64,000 nucleotides of DNA from Tolypothrix carrinoi HA7290-LM1 (lineage in GTDB: Bacteria; Cyanobacteriota; Cyanobacteriia; Cyanobacteriales; Nostocaceae). Below, piece by piece: positions 60,735 through 64,000 of this stretch (position 1 is the first letter of the stretch; the number at the start of each line of letters is the position of its first letter). A model generated the notes under the pieces. It had not been told where the DNA came from and ran no database searches. It saw nothing but the letters and a program-made list of their open reading frames with translations. Position numbers and translations under genes: made by a program. The stretch lies in contig JAHHIK010000001.1 of NCBI GenBank assembly GCA_019358935.1, positions 132,608 through 196,607 of the forward strand, read 5' to 3'.

Positions 60735-62861
60735 ATGTTAAAAGTTTTTGCCGATCGCGGTGGTACATTCACAGATATTGTAGCTGTTACGAATAATCAA
60801 GCGATCGCAGACAGACTATCAACACATCCCGAACGCTTTCTAATCGTTCCCCTACCTAACCAGCAATGGGTGATAGTTTACAAACTGCTTTCAGAAAATC
60901 CCGAACAATATCAAGATGCAGCAATTCAAGGTATTCGCGATATCATCGGTCTTTCAGCTAACGAACCCATTCCTGGTGAAGCGATAGAAGTAGTCAAAAT
61001 GGGTACAACAGTAGCAACCAATGCACTGTTAGAAAGAAAAGGCGATCGCCTAGTTCTTCTCATTACCAAAGGCTTTAAAGATGCCTTACGAATAGGCTAC
61101 CAAAACCGTCCTAACATCTTTGCCCGTCATATCATTTTACCAACGATGCTTTATGAGCAGGTAATTGAAGTTGATGAACGATATGATGCTCACGGTCAGG
61201 AATTAACACCTGTAAATATAGAACAAGTAAAAAACGACTTACAAACGATTTATAATACAGGAATTCGCAGTTGTGCCATAGTTTTTATGCACAGCGATCG
61301 CTATCCCCACCACGAACAACAAGTTGCTCAACTCGCGCAAGAAATTGGATTTACGCAGATATCTGTATCTCATCAAGTTAGTTGTTTAATGAAATTGGTC
61401 AGCCGAGGAGATACAACAGTCGTAGATGCTTATTTAACTCCGATTCTGCGTCGCTACGTTAACTCTGTATCCAGTCAGTTACCCCAAGTCAGATTAATGT
61501 TTATGAAATCTGATGGAGGCTTAACCGATGCACAACAATTTCAAGGTAAAGATAGTATTTTAAGTGGTCCTGCTGGGGGAATTGTCGGCGCAGTTCAAAC
61601 TAGCAAAAGAGCAGGTTTTGAGTCAATAATTACCTTTGATATGGGTGGAACAAGTACAGATGTTGCCCACTATAAAGGAGAGTATGAACGACAATTTAAT
61701 TCAGAAATTGCAGGTGCGCGGATGCGAGTTCCCGTATTAGCAATTAATACAATTGCGGCTGGTGGTGGTTCAATTTTATTTTTTGATGGTTCTAGTTTTC
61801 GTGTCGGACCTGAATCTGCTGGATCAAATCCTGGACCTGCGTCTTACCGTCGTGGTGGAGCTTTAGCGGTAACAGATGCTAATGTAATGTTAGGCAAAAT
61901 TCACCCGCAATATTTTCCTTTCGTTTTTGGAATTGATGGTAATTTGCCTTTAGATAAAGATATTGTTATCGAGAAATTTACAGAATTAGCCCAAGAGATT
62001 GAAGCTGTGACAAAAAATGCTCGGACACCCGAACAAGTAGCAGCGGGATTTATAGCGATCGCTGTCGAAAATATGGCGAACGCAATTAAAAAAATCAGTC
62101 TCCAAAGAGGTTATGATGTGACTCAATATGTGCTTTGTTGTTTTGGCGGTGCTGGGGCACAAGTTGCTTGTTTAATTGCCGATACTTTGGGGATGAAAAA
62201 GATATTTTTGCATCCTTATGCTGGAGTTCTTTCCGCTTATGGAATGGGATTAGCTGACGTTAGAGCGATTAGAGAAGCAGGAGTAGAACAGCCTTTAACG
62301 CAAGCATTAATTCCGCAATTACAGAAGTTAATGAAGAGTTTGGAAGTTCAAGGGAGGGAAGAGTTTGAAACGCAGAGTAACGCAGAGGAAAGCGCAGAGG
62401 TACGCGGAGTTTATGAAGAGGAGTTAGTTAGAAAGGTTAATTTTAAGTATGAGGGGACTAATTCCATTTTGGTTGTAAATTTTGATTTGGATGTCGTGAG
62501 AATGCGGGAGGAGTTTGAAGTTGAGCATAAATCGCGTTATGGTTTTATTCAATTAGAGAAAAGCTTAATAGTTGAATCTGTTTCAGTAGAAGTAATTCAG
62601 AAGATGGATACTCCCGAAGAACCTTTAATTACTCGGAAGCGTCCTCTAGATGAAATCCCCACATCTGTTGAGATAGTACGCATGTTTAGCGCTGATAAAT
62701 GGCATGATACACCCGTTTATCGACGAGAAGATTTACAGCCTGAAGATAGTATTAGCGGACCTGCGATTATTGTCGAAAAAATTAGCACGATTGTAGTTGA
62801 ACCATTATGGAAAGCGAGATTAACTGAAAGTAATCATCTGATTTTAGAGCGTAAAGATTGA
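60735..62861 (+). CDS. Hydantoinase/5-oxoprolinase A-type subunit
   Basis: DRGGTFTD, GTTVATNALLE, SGPAGG and DMGGTSTDV motifs. Confidence 0.92.
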   Translation: MLKVFADRGGTFTDIVAVTNNQAIADRLSTHPERFLIVPLPNQQWVIVYKLLSENPEQYQDAAIQGIRDIIGLSANEPIPGEAIEVVKMGTTVATNALLERKGDRLVLLITKGFKDALRIGYQNRPNIFARHIILPTMLYEQVIEVDERYDAHGQELTPVNIEQVKNDLQTIYNTGIRSCAIVFMHSDRYPHHEQQVAQLAQEIGFTQISVSHQVSCLMKLVSRGDTTVVDAYLTPILRRYVNSVSSQLPQVRLMFMKSDGGLTDAQQFQGKDSILSGPAGGIVGAVQTSKRAGFESIITFDMGGTSTDVAHYKGEYERQFNSEIAGARMRVPVLAINTIAAGGGSILFFDGSSFRVGPESAGSNPGPASYRRGGALAVTDANVMLGKIHPQYFPFVFGIDGNLPLDKDIVIEKFTELAQEIEAVTKNARTPEQVAAGFIAIAVENMANAIKKISLQRGYDVTQYVLCCFGGAGAQVACLIADTLGMKKIFLHPYAGVLSAYGMGLADVRAIREAGVEQPLTQALIPQLQKLMKSLEVQGREEFETQSNAEESAEVRGVYEEELVRKVNFKYEGTNSILVVNFDLDVVRMREEFEVEHKSRYGFIQLEKSLIVESVSVEVIQKMDTPEEPLITRKRPLDEIPTSVEIVRMFSADKWHDTPVYRREDLQPEDSISGPAIIVEKISTIVVEPLWKARLTESNHLILERKD

Positions 62862-63065
62862 TTAATTCATCATGTGTCATCTGTATTTGCAAGATAATTA
62901 TCAATGTCAGTTAGCTTGTAATAAACCTAATGACACTGGAATGGGGCTTGTTCTTCTTCCAATTCAAAATCCGTCTTGAAAAGCTTTGTACGGAGGAAAC
63001 CTCCGCTCAAACTTTTGTCTGCGACACGCTAGGCGAACGCAAAATCAAAAATTGCTCGGTCAGCA

Positions 63066-63704
63066 TTAAATCTTTAAGCCAATGCCGTTTTTAGCAAATT
63101 CTTCAACAGTTTTTTCTGAAAGCTCGTGGGTAGCCATAGCTTTCAGCATAGCCAAGGGTAGAGTCAGATGATGCGCTCCAGCTTGTAGCGACGCAGCGGC
63201 TTCTTCAGGGGATTTGATACTAGCACCCAAAATCTCAGTATCGCTACCTCTGAGTACGCTTGCCATATCCCGCACCAAGGCAATACCGTCACCTAACAAC
63301 CGGGTAGCACGATTTACATAAACTATTACGATTTTAGCACCCGCCTCCCGTGCCACTGCTGCCTGGGAAGCACTATAAATCGCTGTCACCGAACAAGTAA
63401 TAGACACAGACAGACGTGCGACCACTTGAAATCCTACTGATGTTGCTGGAATCTTCAACACAGTTTGGGAGCCAATAATCTCAGAAGCTTTCCTTCCTTC
63501 CTTAAGCATCTCATCGAAATCAGTTGCCATTAGCTGATAAAACACAGGTCCACTCGTCAACTGGACTAATTTTTTGAGCGTGGTTTCCGGTGGAGAATCG
63601 CTTTGAGCCAACAGTGTTGGATTTGTCGTAATACCCTTCACCCAGCCCATAAGGCTCGCTTCTTCAGCTTCAGATATAATTGCTGAGTCTAAATAAAGTG
63701 TCAT
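63066..63704 (-). CDS. Transaldolase / fructose-6-phosphate aldolase family protein
   Basis: LYLDSA, GITTNPTL, LKIP and ASIKS motifs. Confidence 0.9.
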   Translation of the reverse strand: MTLYLDSAIISEAEEASLMGWVKGITTNPTLLAQSDSPPETTLKKLVQLTSGPVFYQLMATDFDEMLKEGRKASEIIGSQTVLKIPATSVGFQVVARLSVSITCSVTAIYSASQAAVAREAGAKIVIVYVNRATRLLGDGIALVRDMASVLRGSDTEILGASIKSPEEAAASLQAGAHHLTLPLAMLKAMATHELSEKTVEEFAKNGIGLKI

Positions 63705-64000
63705 AATTCTACCTCCATGTACAAACGCTATTTTTCATCAATTGCTTTCATTTGACAATAAAAAGGCTATTTATGGACTCTCGCATTCAGTCATATTTGC
63801 GCTTTGCGGCAAGCCAGCAACGTGACACAGAGCAAATCGGACCATTCCTCGCTACCTTCAACCCCCATAGCGCCAACCGCTTCTAAATGTGTGGACAGAA
63901 CTACCACTAGCTAGATAATTTGTCCATACCTCACTCCACGGTGTAAGTGAAAGCGTTCTTTCCTAGTGCTTACGCTTCCTCGGTTTCGAGGTTGGCTAGG

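Noticed and set aside
63720..64000. Possible degraded gene upstream of the transaldolase-family gene
   Set aside because: Coding-like composition, but the frames I read are interrupted and the window ends; no assignable product.

Overview
Chromosomal window from a heterocyst-forming filamentous cyanobacterium (Nostocales), judged from abundant HIP1 octamers (GCGATCGC), STRR heptamer tracts and heterocyst genes. The left part is the heterocyst block cysK, ArsC-like, cupin, coxBAC (cox2-type), fdxB and patB/cnfR. It is followed by cobU, two GT2 glycosyltransferases, a WcaF/HpsU-type acetyltransferase and housekeeping genes. The most unusual region is 21.7-28.6 kb. A divergent XRE regulator faces eight near-identical tandem genes plus one diverged copy. 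These encode small Sec-secreted Q/N/S/T/G-rich proteins with two 30-aa beta-arch-like repeats. Each gene is followed by a covarying GGCGTTR...YAACGCC stem, and three more secreted-protein genes follow the array. This is a candidate cyanobacterial functional-amyloid or extracellular fibre system (inference). Elements missing from the ORF track include a 21-aa patS (CDERGSGR plus a 6-aa C-terminal extension) between tsaE and pyrC and a 382-bp non-autonomous IS200/IS605-type element that replaced the coxB C-terminus. Also missed are structured small dispersed repeats (some nested, some splitting HIP1 sites in frame), a candidate ~120-nt structured ncRNA and several pseudogenes. The right part holds pxcA, an FHA-like exoprotein, ruvC, yvcK, tsaE, pyrC, two lepB copies, a REC-GGDEF-EAL protein, ldpA, ycf45, a small toxin-antitoxin-rich island, xisHI, a hydantoinase/oxoprolinase and a transaldolase-family gene. 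All calls come from reading the sequence; no database search was run.
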